The position numbers and the translations under genes are program-made. A DNA stretch of 64,000 bases from the NCBI GenBank assembly GCA_951406725.2, contig OX597823.1, positions 106,764,001-106,828,000 of the forward strand. The letters are read 5' to 3'. This DNA is from Octopus vulgaris. Its lineage: Eukaryota. Of this stretch, positions 1 through 12,490 are shown one piece after another (position 1 is the first letter of the stretch; each line of letters begins with the position of its first letter). A model generated the notes under the pieces. It did no database searches and was not told the origin of the DNA. It saw only the letters and a list, made by a program, of their open reading frames with translations.

Positions 1-111
1 GTGTTCTATTATACTTATTTTTTGGCAACGTTTCAAATTCTAGACATTTACTGAGCTCATCATTAGGTTATCGCTGCGGCATTATCACTATTATTACTGT
101 CGTTTTGTTCA

Positions 112-303
112 GGCGGTGAGATGGCAGAATCGACAGCACGCCGGACAATATGTTTCCCGGCATTTCGTCTGCTCTCTATGTTCTGAGCTCAAATTTTGTC
201 GAAGTAGTCTTTGCTCTTTATTGTTTCGCACTCGATAAAATAAACACCAGTTGAGCACTGGGGACAATTTAATTAACTTTCAGGCCTTGTCCCTATAACA
301 GAA
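112..303 (+). mobile_element. tRNA-derived SINE family A, diverged copy
   Basis: GGCGGTGAGATGGCAGAATCG...GTTCTGAGCTCAAATT...ACCAGTTGAGCACTGGGG aligns with the young copies at 27349 and 43479. Confidence 0.75.
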
Positions 304-317
304 TGGATAAAGCGGCG

Positions 318-496
318 TTCTTACGGTTTCGGACGAAATGCATTTTGTTTGCACGGGCTCCTTACGTTCTAAAGTCAAAACCTGTCGAGGTAAACGTCCC
401 CTTTCACCCTTCGAAGGTTGATAAAAGAAAGTACCAGAATCAAATATTAGAAGTCAATGCAATCGACTATTTCCTTCCTCAAAATTTCAGGTCCTG
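318..496 (+). mobile_element. SINE family A, strongly diverged second copy
   Basis: TTACGTTCTAAAGTCAAA...GAGGTAAAC...TTTCACCCTTCGAAGGTTGATAAA...AAGTACCAG matches the family A body. Confidence 0.6.
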
Positions 497-1399
497 AGGT
501 AATAATACAAACACTGATTATTATTGCTGTTGTTCTCATTTTTGTTCTGTGTCGGATTCTCGTAAAAGGTTAGTTGTTTTTGCTGGAAATATTTGTTAAA
601 TAAAGATCTCTATTTCAACGTGGAAAGACGAGGACAGTAAATGTGTGCCCTCGGAGGCGCTTTTCTTGCAATAAAAATTTCCATATTGTAAACTTATACC
701 ATATCGTAAAGTTTAATGATTAATTCTATTACAAAACCAGACCACATGCCCTTTACATTGCATGAAATGGTAGGAGAGGAAATGATTCTTCTGAGGAAGA
801 CGGTTAATAGCAAAAACCCCTCATGCCTCATCTCAAAAAGATTTCTTACTTTGACCAAAAGTGGCAGCAGTGAGGGAGAAACAGACGACAACCTTAACAT
901 CCACATTAGGAATCACAAGACCAATTACAAAAATACCAGTAGCAACAACAACTGCATCAACAGCTGCAATAGCGACAACATCAAAACCAGCGACAGCAGT
1001 TCTAGAATTTGGACCTGGAGATCTCCATTTCCAGCGACTTCGAGGGTCACCTCCCAGTGGTGTCGGGCGTCAACGAAGAGCCCTCGACTACAACAAGACG
1101 ACCACATTTTTTTCCCCAAGGTCTGGGGTCTCCCGCCCCTAAGCCCTAGTCCATCACCTAATCACCCTTACCCGTCTTGTTGCTTGACAACATCAACAAC
1201 AACAACAACAACAACAAAAACAGCAACAGCAGCAAAAGCAGCGTCAACAGCAGTTAAACAACAACAATAGCAGCAGCAGCAACAAAAACAACAACGATGA
1301 AGATGACGACAAAGTAAGTTGCAAGGCGACTCAGAGGCAAGTAATCTTTTGATGGTATGGTGGTTAAGCCAACCAAATACTCCTCACTCTTCCTTATCA

Positions 1400-1935
1400 A
1401 GAAGGCACGGATGACACGAACAACTTAACGGGCGAGAAGACCAAGCTGTAATTTGCAATCTCAAATGCGGTTTTGGCAGTAATTGCGTCTAAGAGAATAT
1501 GGTCAGACCGAGAATTTGTATCCAAGACAAAGCAGTTTGAGAACGTTGAGGTCTTTTTCAGAAGCGAAACCCTCGCGGATGGGAATCCTCCATGGTTTCC
1601 ATACGCAATAGGGGACTCATTCTTTATACAATATATTTGGGAGGACCTGCCACGTTCAGATAGAGCGAGTTCCACCTCGGCTTGATTTTAGGTGGTTCTA
1701 ATCTGTGTTGTTATCGAGGGCAGCGGAACATTACTTGACGTAAAATGAAATGTGGATGAGTTTTCATTTGGGAGAAGTTCCTCTTCCAGATCAAACCAGA
1801 GGATGTGAAAAAAGACTTCAAATCTTATCAACATACTCAATGGAGTGGAGCTGCGCGTTGCACTTGAGATCAGAAATCTATACTGTCATTTGTGTAGTGC
1901 TGAAAAAAACAGTTCAGGGCCTTCTGTCCTCAGCA
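1400..1935 (+). pseudogene. Degenerate L1/Tx1-type ORF1 (RRM-like segment plus CCHC zinc knuckle)
   Basis: Frameshifted translation reads FENVEVFFRSE...IYLGGP/VQIERVPPRLDFRW...LRVALEIRNLYCHLCSAEK/QFRAFCP. This is C-x2-C-x4-(H>Q)-x4-C at 1884-1927, with a 2-nt slip in an A run. Confidence 0.55.
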
Positions 1936-2515
1936 AATAAAAGCAAGTGAGATCCCCCTCCCCATACACACTAATTCCAGCATCGCAGCCCATACAACAA
2001 AAGCGGCCGCAGCGGCAGCTGCAGTGAAGGAAAGGAGAACAGCAACATCCCGATGACAGGGTGACTAGCAGTACCTATCACAATAGTAGCAACAACACAA
2101 ACAACTACAGCTGCTGCGATTACAACAGCGGCACAAGTACTAACATTGGTAGTAACTGCAGAACTAGAAACTGCTACAACCAAGCTAACGACAAAACTCC
2201 TAGTTTGCTTTTTTTTTTTATTGCTTATACGTGTTTGTGTAAATCCCCACAGTCCTTTGTTTTTGTCTGGTCCTCTATGTTTTTTGTGGCCTTATTATTG
2301 TTATTCCTGATACCATTATCATTATTATAATTTAGTGTTGTTGTTGCTAAGTGCCGCAGCCGAACGTGTTTTAGAAGGTTCTAATGTTTGCCGTATTTTC
2401 CTTCCCAAATGGTTACAGTTGTAATTCATTTATTAGATCTTGCTAAGCAGGCCAGGACAGCGAAGGACTGCAGAAACAGTAACGAAGCAACTATAGCGAC
2501 ACTAGTTATAAGCAA

Positions 2516-2789
2516 CAGACCGGGCCTTGTGTGTTTTTATTGAGTGAAAACACCTAAAGCTCCACGAGACTCCGGCAGGGGGTGGTGGCGACCCCTGTCG
2601 TACTCTTTCGCCCCAACTTTCTCTCGCTCTTTCTTCCTGTTTCTTGTCCCCGACTTCCTACGCAACCGCTGAGCCTGGATGCGCATTCATCCATCCGTCG
2701 ATGCTCTTGGTGTAGGGGGTTGACCTGCTTTCCCTTTTGCGGATCTTTCTCTTTTGCGAACTCTGGGACGAAGACCGCTTCGCTCAACA
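2516..2789 (+). mobile_element. SINE family C, 5'-truncated
   Basis: Highly similar to 63146-63440 (CAGACCGGGC...AAAGCTCCACGAG...GCGACCCCTG...GCGCATTCATCCATCCGT...CGCTCAACAG); followed by a CAA/CAG tail. Confidence 0.85.
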
Positions 2790-2999
2790 GGAACAGCAAC
2801 AGCATCAGCAACAACAAAAAAATCACTGCCTTCAAGAGCTGCCACATCATCGTCAACAATAACAGCAACATAAACTCACTCCCCTGCAACAAAAAGAACA
2901 ACAGAAAGAAAAAACTAAACCACAGCCAGTGTGTTTCTCCCCGCCTTGGACCTCACCGATATGTCGTAGGCTGAAGCTACAATTTATATCAGAGATAAC

Positions 3000-4330
3000 T
3001 AACATCTTTATACTGCTATCTTATTTCCAGCACTGATTTCGGTTTTGATATTACACATCTGCTGAACTCTTCTAATTTTCTCTTTTATTTCTGTATATAG
3101 CATCCTATCAGTTTCATCCTTTTCAGGATTTTTATGAGATGGTTCTGCTATTAATTCTCTGATTTCGATGTTCGCGTCAAATTTAATATTCTTAGTTTCA
3201 GTTAATTCGCCTCTTCCCATTGTAGCTTTCTCACATTTGTCTGATCTCATATTCATTTTTATATCTTGTTTGAATCGCTAAACAATTGATGGCAGATGCT
3301 CCAGCTGAATAAACGTCCGTCGGTAGTCAAGGATGACCATGCATTTGTATATGTAGAGCTGGTCAAGATCTTTTAAGGAATACTCACAGTTGCTCATGTA
3401 TATTACCGATGCCTGTAAAAAGGAAAAGCCATCAACTTTGGTCGTTAAATCCTAGCACCAGTCTCGTAGCAAGCATTACTATCAGAACGCAAAGAACTGG
3501 GATACACACCACAATCAGTGTCGCCAATTCACCACTCTGAATTAGTACCTTTTTTGTGTTTTTCTTTTTGTAACTTGCAAGGTCTGAACTCAAAGCACAA
3601 GGAATCGGAATAGATTTTACGAAGCATTCTACCCAACACGCTATCGACTCTGCCATTTCAAAATTGTTCTAAGTCATGTTACAAGTCATCCTTATAAAAG
3701 ACAGGGTATGTGATCTGTCCTTAGTATTTATAATTGTTGGTTGTTTTATTCATTAGTTTAGTTAATAGCGCCAGAGGGAAGCAGTAAAAGTCAAGGAGAT
3801 GGGTAGTGTAATTGAACGATTCCCCTTCATGTGGATACAGAGCTGCTTTTAATCAACGCTTCTCCTGTACTTATGTCTTTGAGGATCTTAGAGATATTTG
3901 AGGATCTGCGAAGGCAGTAAACACAACCACTTCCTCCCAACTTCTAATATTGTTGTTTCCTATTTTGTCACAGCTTCGTTGATGTACCTCATGAATATTA
4001 GAGCAGCTTTATTCATATGTAATGGCTTCAGTATATATGGGGCATAGTATGCAATCAACAGTTATTCTTCTACAATTAACCCATGTCAGGATAAGGTTTG
4101 CGCCCAACCCTTTTCCGCCTTTTTTACTTCCTACAATAAACCTGTTTACCAAAAGCTGCTTTTCCTTTCCGGTAAACTTTTTGATAAGATGTAAACTCAC
4201 CCGGTGAAACAACATGTTTGTAGTAGAATATAAGTATTAGCGTTTGTAGATTGATGGCAACTAAGTTACTGGATTGTTTTTTGAGGAAGAGGGCATTTGG
4301 TAATTTATAGTTATTTTCTCTCCATCAGAG
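3000..4330 (-). pseudogene. Highly degenerate R4/Dong-like non-LTR reverse transcriptase, split by an insertion at about 3306-3660
   Basis: Motifs in canonical order: NPVT*LPSIYK (RPITCLPT), GKEKQLLVNR...NLILTWVN, RGIVQ...SP/FYCFPLALLTKLMN, ITYPVFYKDDL (YMDD box), then FKQDIKMNMRSDKCEKATMGRG...EIKEKIRR. Confidence 0.75.
3310..3550 (-). mobile_element. Short RTE-derived non-coding element nested in the RT relic
   Basis: Minus-strand 3' end GCATGGTCATCCTTGACTACCGACGG resembles the 3' end of the 6597-7140 element (GCAATGGCCATACTCGATAACGAGGG). It interrupts the RT between the DD box and the thumb. Confidence 0.4.
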
Positions 4331-4477
4331 ATTCCATTGTAGAGTCCACATTTTATTGTATCGATTACTAATCGCGAGAAAGGAATTGTTCCCATGACCC
4401 TCACAGTCGTTCCGAAATCAGTGTTGGAAAAGGTAGATGCTATAGGCTACCCCCATTACGTTTGATATGTTAGAAGT

Positions 4478-4582
4478 CAGAGCGGTTTTTGATTGGGTTT
4501 TCGATAGAGCGGTTTTGATGGAGACAGAGCGGTTTGATGGGGACAGAGCAGTTTTCGATAGGGCGGTATTTGATGGGGAACA
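4478..4582. repeat. Degenerate tandem repeat (AGAGCGGTTTTGATGG-like, about 5 units)
   Basis: Recurrent AGAGCGGTTT(T)GAT and TTTTCGATAG units are directly visible. Confidence 0.7.
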
Positions 4583-4829
4583 GGACACGCATCTTTCTCG
4601 AGAATGAGACACACAATAGCATATTTCGAAAGATCGAAATAGATATCTAGATCAAGAGAGAAAAATAAATAGAAAGACAGAAACAGAGAAAGGGGGAAGA
4701 GGGAGAGAAAGAGAAAGAAAACTGAAGCAATTGGTAAGGAAAGGGTCTACTTATGGGACACATTTTCTGAAGGTATTGGAAGAGAGATAGTCATGGGCAA
4801 TGGCTTTGTTGATTTGAATTAGCTGGAAA

Positions 4830-5340
4830 TGCTTCTGTGTGTAATGTCTATATTATGAACTTGGTGAAGTGGAGAGAGATATTTTTTGTTCGAGATTTAT
4901 TTAGTGCAAGCCGTGTAGAGCTGGCTTCAAAACAGACAACAAATGTAGACGCATTCTTCGTGGACCAAAAATATTACTAGAGTTCTTTTTGGCAAGGGAC
5001 CAAATAGAAGGGTTGCAATTCATTGAATATCCTAGCTACATGTTCATTAATATTGATTGGGGGTGGGGCTTTGGCCACTTGATTGTCAGTTGTTGATTTT
5101 CGTCAGTGCCAGAAACTTCCCAATTGATTGTAGTTCTTGAAATGGTGTTGAGTCTCTTATCGTCTGTGGTACGCCATACTTGTAATGTTATAGTCTTTTC
5201 CTTATCCTTTAAACCTATTTTTCTTTTGATCCTTTGTACTTTTTTTTATTCTGATGAACAAAAGCTTAAAAACTTGTAATTAAATTGCGTGCACACTCTT
5301 GCCTGTCTATATTTCACCCATCCATCCACCCAGCCTTTCT
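4830..5340 (+). mobile_element. Possible Penelope-like 3' relic with decayed hammerhead
   Basis: YYELGEVER...SRF loosely resembles GIY-YIG YIGET.R. CTGATGAacaaaagcttAAAAC at about 5251-5273 has hammerhead-like spacing but a broken core. Confidence 0.3.
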
Positions 5341-5924
5341 TTCTTTTATTCTTTTCCCTTTCTCTCATGTAAAACGCGCATGTACTTGTACACATATACA
5401 CATGCATATGCTTTAAATATCTTATTGTTCATGCTTTTCCTCATATTCATTAATATATAGCTAATAAGCTTTTATTCTGGGGGTTAGTAGTAACCTATAA
5501 TAACAAAATGAATACTTTATAAAGAAAAACACTTTAAACACTATAAATGAGGTCTTGATGGTACTGTTTTATTGATATGAATGACAAATTACATTCAATA
5601 TACATCAATAAATTAGAAACTTGAGGGTAAATTTAAGAAATATTCTTCACTTCTGTATTCACCGCTTTAACGGTGAGGATTAAGCAGAGGCTATGAACAA
5701 ATTGTAATTTAGTCGATTTTATTTGGGAATGAAATGCGCAGGCTGCCTTTTTTTTTTTTTCAAATATAACATTCCTTAACTAGTGGGGACAGTATTCATT
5801 CACTCCGTTGATCCTTTCAGACGGATGTGATTAGTGTTTAGTCCCAAGACAAAGAAGTAAGTTACTGCTTTCTTATAAAAGGTTCTTAGGGAGAAGTCTC
5901 TGACAGTCAATAATCAATGATTCT

Positions 5925-6133
5925 TCCTACCAAAGGCGCAGGGCCTGAAACTTTGGAGCCAGGGGCTAGTCGATTGCATAAGCACCAGTTTTCAACTGGT
6001 ACTTGTCTTATCAACCCTGAAAGGATGAAAGGCAAACACAATCTCGGTGGAATTTGAACTCAAAATTTAGAGCCGCAAGAAATACCGATAATAATTGTGT
6101 CCGGAGTGCTATTGATTCTGTCAACCCGCCGCC
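5925..6133 (-). mobile_element. SINE family A
   Basis: Reverse-complement match (GAAAGGATGAAAGGCAAA...GGAATTTGAACTC...GATTCTGTCAACCCGCCGCC). Confidence 0.8.
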
Positions 6134-6455
6134 ATTTTTATTATTATTAATTATAAACAATTCTATATTTATTTACAGTCTACTTCAAATTCAAGTATAT
6201 ATAGCAACTATACAATCATATCGCTCATTGTACAATAGAATTAGTCTTCAAGAGGTATTTTTAAAACAGAGAGCTATGTTTACATAAATTATGAAATATA
6301 TGGAACAACATATATATGCAATTATGTTCTTTAACTGCAGCATTAGAGGTTTTTAGCTCTTATTTCTAGCAATGTAGTTGTTCTAACACCCTAGCTATAT
6401 TTACTAACAATTATACTTTTCCTTTTTGGTAACACATTGCACACGGCTGTCTATA

Positions 6456-6460
<5 letters not shown>

Positions 6461-6528
<68 letters not shown>

Positions 6529-6590
6529 GATAGATAGATAGACATACATACATACATACATACATACATACATACATACATACATACATA
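6461..6590. repeat. Compound microsatellite (TA)n(TAGA)n(CATA)n
   Basis: Direct inspection. Confidence 0.95.
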
Positions 6591-6596
6591 CTTACA

Positions 6597-7140
6597 TGGT
6601 GGCTGCCCCCTCGTTATCGAGTATGGCCATTGCACGAAGCTTAATCAATGTTGTTATCGTGCAATGCCTGTGCAAGAAGTTTTTTTAAAGTGAGGAAACG
6701 CTGTGCATAGAGTCAATCCCACTCACTAAGCAACACCGGCCATAATCCGAAAAGAAGAACAAGTCAACATCATCGGTAACCACTGAGCCGCAGGTTTTAT
6801 GTCAGAGTTATCCTAGTTACCTGAGCTACCTTCTCCTAGAAGGATGCCCTAACAAAGCTAGGAGTCCTTCACTCCCAATGGTTTAACCACGCGATCGGGT
6901 ATTCAGTCCGATTATTTCTATGTCCCCGCGCATGATACAGCTTTAAGACATTTATTGGATGGCCGTTGACTCTCAAGTGTTCCTCCGCCCTTTGACGGGT
7001 TTTGTTTTTCATCCCGCAGGGTGTCCAATAAACACCCTCCTCACCAAGCAAGCTTGGTGGGGTTGCCGGTTTAGTCGCCGACGACCCGACCATGCAACAG
7101 GTTGTACTGGATTACATGTTACCAGTAGCACTCGAAAGTG
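6597..7140 (-). mobile_element. Non-autonomous RTE-derived (bipartite 5'UTR plus 3' tail) element
   Basis: GC-richer 540-bp block between CATA arrays. The minus strand has RTE-5'UTR-like CTGGTAACATG...GCGACTAAAC and CCTAGCTTTGTTAGGGCATCCTTCTAGGAGAAGG, ends in an RTE-like tail running into (TATG)n, and has no RT coding. Confidence 0.55.
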
Positions 7141-7446
7141 TGCATACATACATACATACATGCGTACATACACGGAAGCGTGTACAGACGAAAGAGAAAA
7201 CTCAACACATTTGGTAAGAGATTTAAATTTGAAAGCTGTTTGATTCGACTATCTCGGACCGTAGGATTTGTCCATCTCGTCAGATGAGGGATGTGTCCTA
7301 TATGATCTCGGGTTTTTATGTCAAGTGAAGCTAGTATACCCCTTCCCCGCCACATATATATATATATATAAATGTATGAATTTACTGTGGACAAGTTTGC
7401 GTGGCGTTCAATTATAAATAAATGAAAAATAAATATATAAAAAATA

Positions 7447-7604
7447 CACATTAAGTACAAGACATCACGAACGAGTGAAAAATACGCAAACATACGAGAG
7501 ATAAGTACATGACAAAATACTCCCCCACCCCAAAAAAGCACAATAAGTATAGGGCATCACCAACGAGATTTTTCACTCGTTGGCAATGTCCTGTACTTAA
7601 TGTG
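7447..7604. repeat. Inverted repeat with 37-bp arms
   Basis: CACATTAAGTACAAGACATCACGAACGAGTGAAAAAT (7447-7483) versus the reverse complement of 7568-7604, CACATTAAGTACAGGACATTGCCAACGAGTGAAAAAT. Confidence 0.8.
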
Positions 7605-7612
7605 CATTTCAT

Positions 7613-7643
<31 letters not shown>

Positions 7644-7877
7644 AAAAGTCTCTGAGCGCGGTATATACAGTAGCTACACGACATCGTGCAGTATATTTGT
7701 GACCTAAATGTATCTAACCCTTAAGGGTTAATGCTACTGTAGCTTGTAGCCCATGGAAGACATCTCCTTCAGTTAGCTATTGACACACTCTCAGTGCCCT
7801 ATTAGTATTTGTAAAGGGAAATCATCCTTCCCATCTCCAGCCTGACGTGATACACACGGACCCGAGTTCCTGGGTTG

Positions 7878-7908
<31 letters not shown>

Positions 7909-7988
7909 GTGAGTGTGTGTGTGTATGAATGTAAGTAGATGTCGAACGACGAGAATGAGTGCTCAACTCTACATTGGTGGACAAAATT

Positions 7989-8319
7989 TATTTGTGTATT
8001 AAGGATCCTATTGGTTTCATGTTAAGAAAACTATCTTAATGTCTTAACAATCATTCAGGCCGATCGCATGAAGGAATGATGTTCGTCTCCATTTCGTGTG
8101 AAAACACAAAAATGTCTCGCGAAAAATTCCAGGAAATTCGTAAAAAATCTCGTAAACAAAATGAGAAAAAGCGCCCCTTGATTTCTTCTTTCCCGAAACA
8201 TTTTTGTTTTCATCCAAAATGGAAGCGAACAGCATTTTTCCATGTGATCGGCTTCAATAATTGAGATATTCAGATATTTTCCTGAACATGAAACCAATGG
8301 TAGCCTTAATACACAAATA
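7989..8319. mobile_element. Foldback MITE with about 135-bp imperfect arms, TTAA|GG...CC|TTAA (Kolobok-like ends)
   Basis: Left arm TTAAGGATCCTATTGGTTTCATGTTAAGAAAACTATC...GCCGATCGCATG matches the right-arm reverse complement TTAAGGCTACCATTGGTTTCATGTTCAGGAAAATATC...GCCGATCACATG. Confidence 0.75.
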
Positions 8320-8326
8320 CATATGT

Positions 8327-8371
<45 letters not shown>

Positions 8372-9084
8372 TGTGTGTGTGTGTGTGTATGTCCGTGTGT
8401 GTCCGTGTGTGTCTGTGTATGTGTGTGTCCCTGTGTATGTGTGGGTGTGTATCTATGAATTTATGTATAACAATTATGAGACAAAATCCTCTGCTGCACG
8501 TGTATTAGACTGTATACGTTTCTATTTGATGGACACTTGCTAAAGGACATATTCTGATACTAGTCATGGCTCTTGTTACACAGACGTGGCCACCCCTAAA
8601 GCTTCTCTATCAAAACATCAGTTGCAACAAATATACGAATGTTTTGGTACATAATATCTAATTTCTGAGAGATATGTGAGATATGCGTGAATATGTATAG
8701 ATACAAATTTACAGCGCAAAAGGTGTCATACTTATGAATATAAATGTATATATGCAAGCGTATATATAGACATAGGTCTTTATATATATATATATATGTG
8801 TGTGTGTGTATGTATATAAGGACGAATATGTTTTAATAATTGTATTCATACGAATATACATTAGAACCGTTATGTGTAGAGTAACTATATGTTTGTTTAT
8901 GCATATGTACAATATATGTTTAGACAGTTTGCGTTTATATACATACTTGCGTTTGCATAGAAGAATAGCTCAAATATAAATATAAGTAATATATGTATAA
9001 AAATATATAAGTAATATCGTTGTATGTGCGTATGTAATTTATATAAATGAACATACCCAAACACATACACGCGCGTATGAGTAT

Positions 9085-10415
<1,331 letters not shown>

Positions 10416-10796
10416 TGTGTTTGTGTGTATACATTTATGTGTATAGTTATATAGATATATATGTGTGAGAGTGTTTTTGGTGTGCACGTGAGAGAGGAAA
10501 AGTATATCCAAGAGTTCGTGTGCGTGGGCTTCAGGGTGTATACTATTATCTGAGACTGAAGCGTGGAGGAGAGTTTGTTTAATTGTTTACATAGTGTTTG
10601 CGCGTACATCTACAATTATATAAAGACGGACGTATATACATATCAGTACATATATGTATGTCCACATATATACACGTACATACACACACATACATGCACT
10701 CAAACACATACACGCATATATTCTCTTTTACTATTTCGACAGCTTTCTTCTGCGAACAGCGGACACGGTGGAACACCACTAAAAATGATTTTATTC

Positions 10797-10859
10797 ATAT
10801 ATATATATATATATATATACGTGTGTGTGTGTGTGTAAATGTATATATATATATGTATG

Positions 10860-10928
<69 letters not shown>

Positions 10929-10929
10929 A

Positions 10930-11012
<83 letters not shown>
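10797..11012. repeat. Long interrupted (TA)n microsatellite
   Basis: Direct inspection. Confidence 0.95.
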
Positions 11013-11016
<4 letters not shown>

Positions 11017-11660
11017 AAACACGTATGTAACCATAAAACTAAAAATCTGAATGCCAAAAATCATTACACCGAGTATCACGGTTCCAGTTTTCGGACGATT
11101 GTGATTAATTGAAGAAGAGAATCCTTATATTTGATAATGGAGCATGTGCAAAATATTCATATCTAAATACTATAACAACGGGTGTTGAAAGAGACTAATG
11201 GATCATCTCATTCATTAAAATAAGCGAAACATAACGGGAAATAAAGAATCGGTAGGGAGAGATCTTCACTATATATATAATCATGTGTGTATAAATACAA
11301 CCCCCCACACACACAGACACACACATATATATGCACATATATATGTATATATATACATATGTATATATATATATATATATATGCATATATGTATATATAT
11401 GTGTATGTTTGTATATGTGTGTATGTAAATATATATATATATATTTATATTTATGTATGTATATGTATACAAAGGGAGTGATAAACAAGTAAAGGAAACG
11501 GAAAAATAATGAGTGTAGAAATCGCGTGCATCGAGTAAACTGCGTGTATAAAGATACGATTTTACAATGTACGACGACGAAGTTGTAAAAAAAGTGCAGA
11601 GTTATAAGTAACTGAAGCATTGTTTTGCAGGTTATTATTATAAATCTTGCACAGGATGCA

Positions 11661-11730
<70 letters not shown>

Positions 11731-11749
11731 GACACTCAAATATATATAC

Positions 11750-11826
<77 letters not shown>

Positions 11827-11842
11827 TATGTATATATATATT

Positions 11843-12131
11843 TATTCTTTTATTTTTCTATTTGTTTCAGTCATTTAACTGCGGCCGTGTTGGAGCACCG
11901 CCGTAAGAGGTTTTTTTCGTCGAAAATATCGACACCAGGATTTATTCTTTTTGTACTTATTCAATCGGTCTCTTTTTCTGAACTGTTAGGTTGCGGGGAG
12001 GTAAACATACAAATATCGGTTGTCAGATGATGGGGCGGGGCACACACAAACATACGAAGAGCTTCTCTTAGTTTCCGTCTATCAAATTCACTCACAAGTC
12101 TTTGGTCGGCCCGAGGCTATAGTAGAAGACA
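11843..12131 (-). mobile_element. tRNA-derived SINE family B, 5'-truncated
   Basis: Reverse complement of the family B body (TTGTTTCAGTCATTT...GGAGCACCGCC...GTTTCCGTCTATCAAATTCACTCACAAG...GCCCGAGGCTATAGTAGAAGAC). Confidence 0.85.
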
Positions 12132-12132
12132 A

Positions 12133-12189
<57 letters not shown>

Positions 12190-12195
<6 letters not shown>

Positions 12196-12308
12196 CGTGA
12201 TCACCGTGACCAACCAGGTTATCAGATGTTGCTACACATCGCTGGTCACAATGCGCTTCGCATTGTTTTTGCCTTCAAATGAGGCCACCCCGCTGGCTAA
12301 GCGAGCAG

Positions 12309-12312
<4 letters not shown>
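12190..12312. repeat. GC-rich structured 120-bp insert within (TA)n, probably a retroposon 3' fragment
   Basis: Sharply bounded by TA arrays; internal hairpins GTGACCA...TGGTCAC and CAATGCG-cttc-GCATTG; terminal repeat (ATCACCGTG)2. Confidence 0.45.
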
Positions 12313-12365
<53 letters not shown>

Positions 12366-12443
12366 AGATACATATACACACACATATATATATACATATC
12401 TACATATATACAGATAGAGACAGACAGACAGACAGACAGACAC

Positions 12444-12490
<47 letters not shown>

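Noticed and set aside
716-1270. 184-aa ORF
   Set aside because: Low-complexity CAA/CAG-rich sequence with no recognisable domain; probably the 5' part of the decayed ORF1-like element.
11030-11260. Faint GIY-YIG-like peptide traces; RT-like traces also at 9600-9800 and 20490-20660
   Set aside because: Too degenerate to support by eye; a profile search would be needed.
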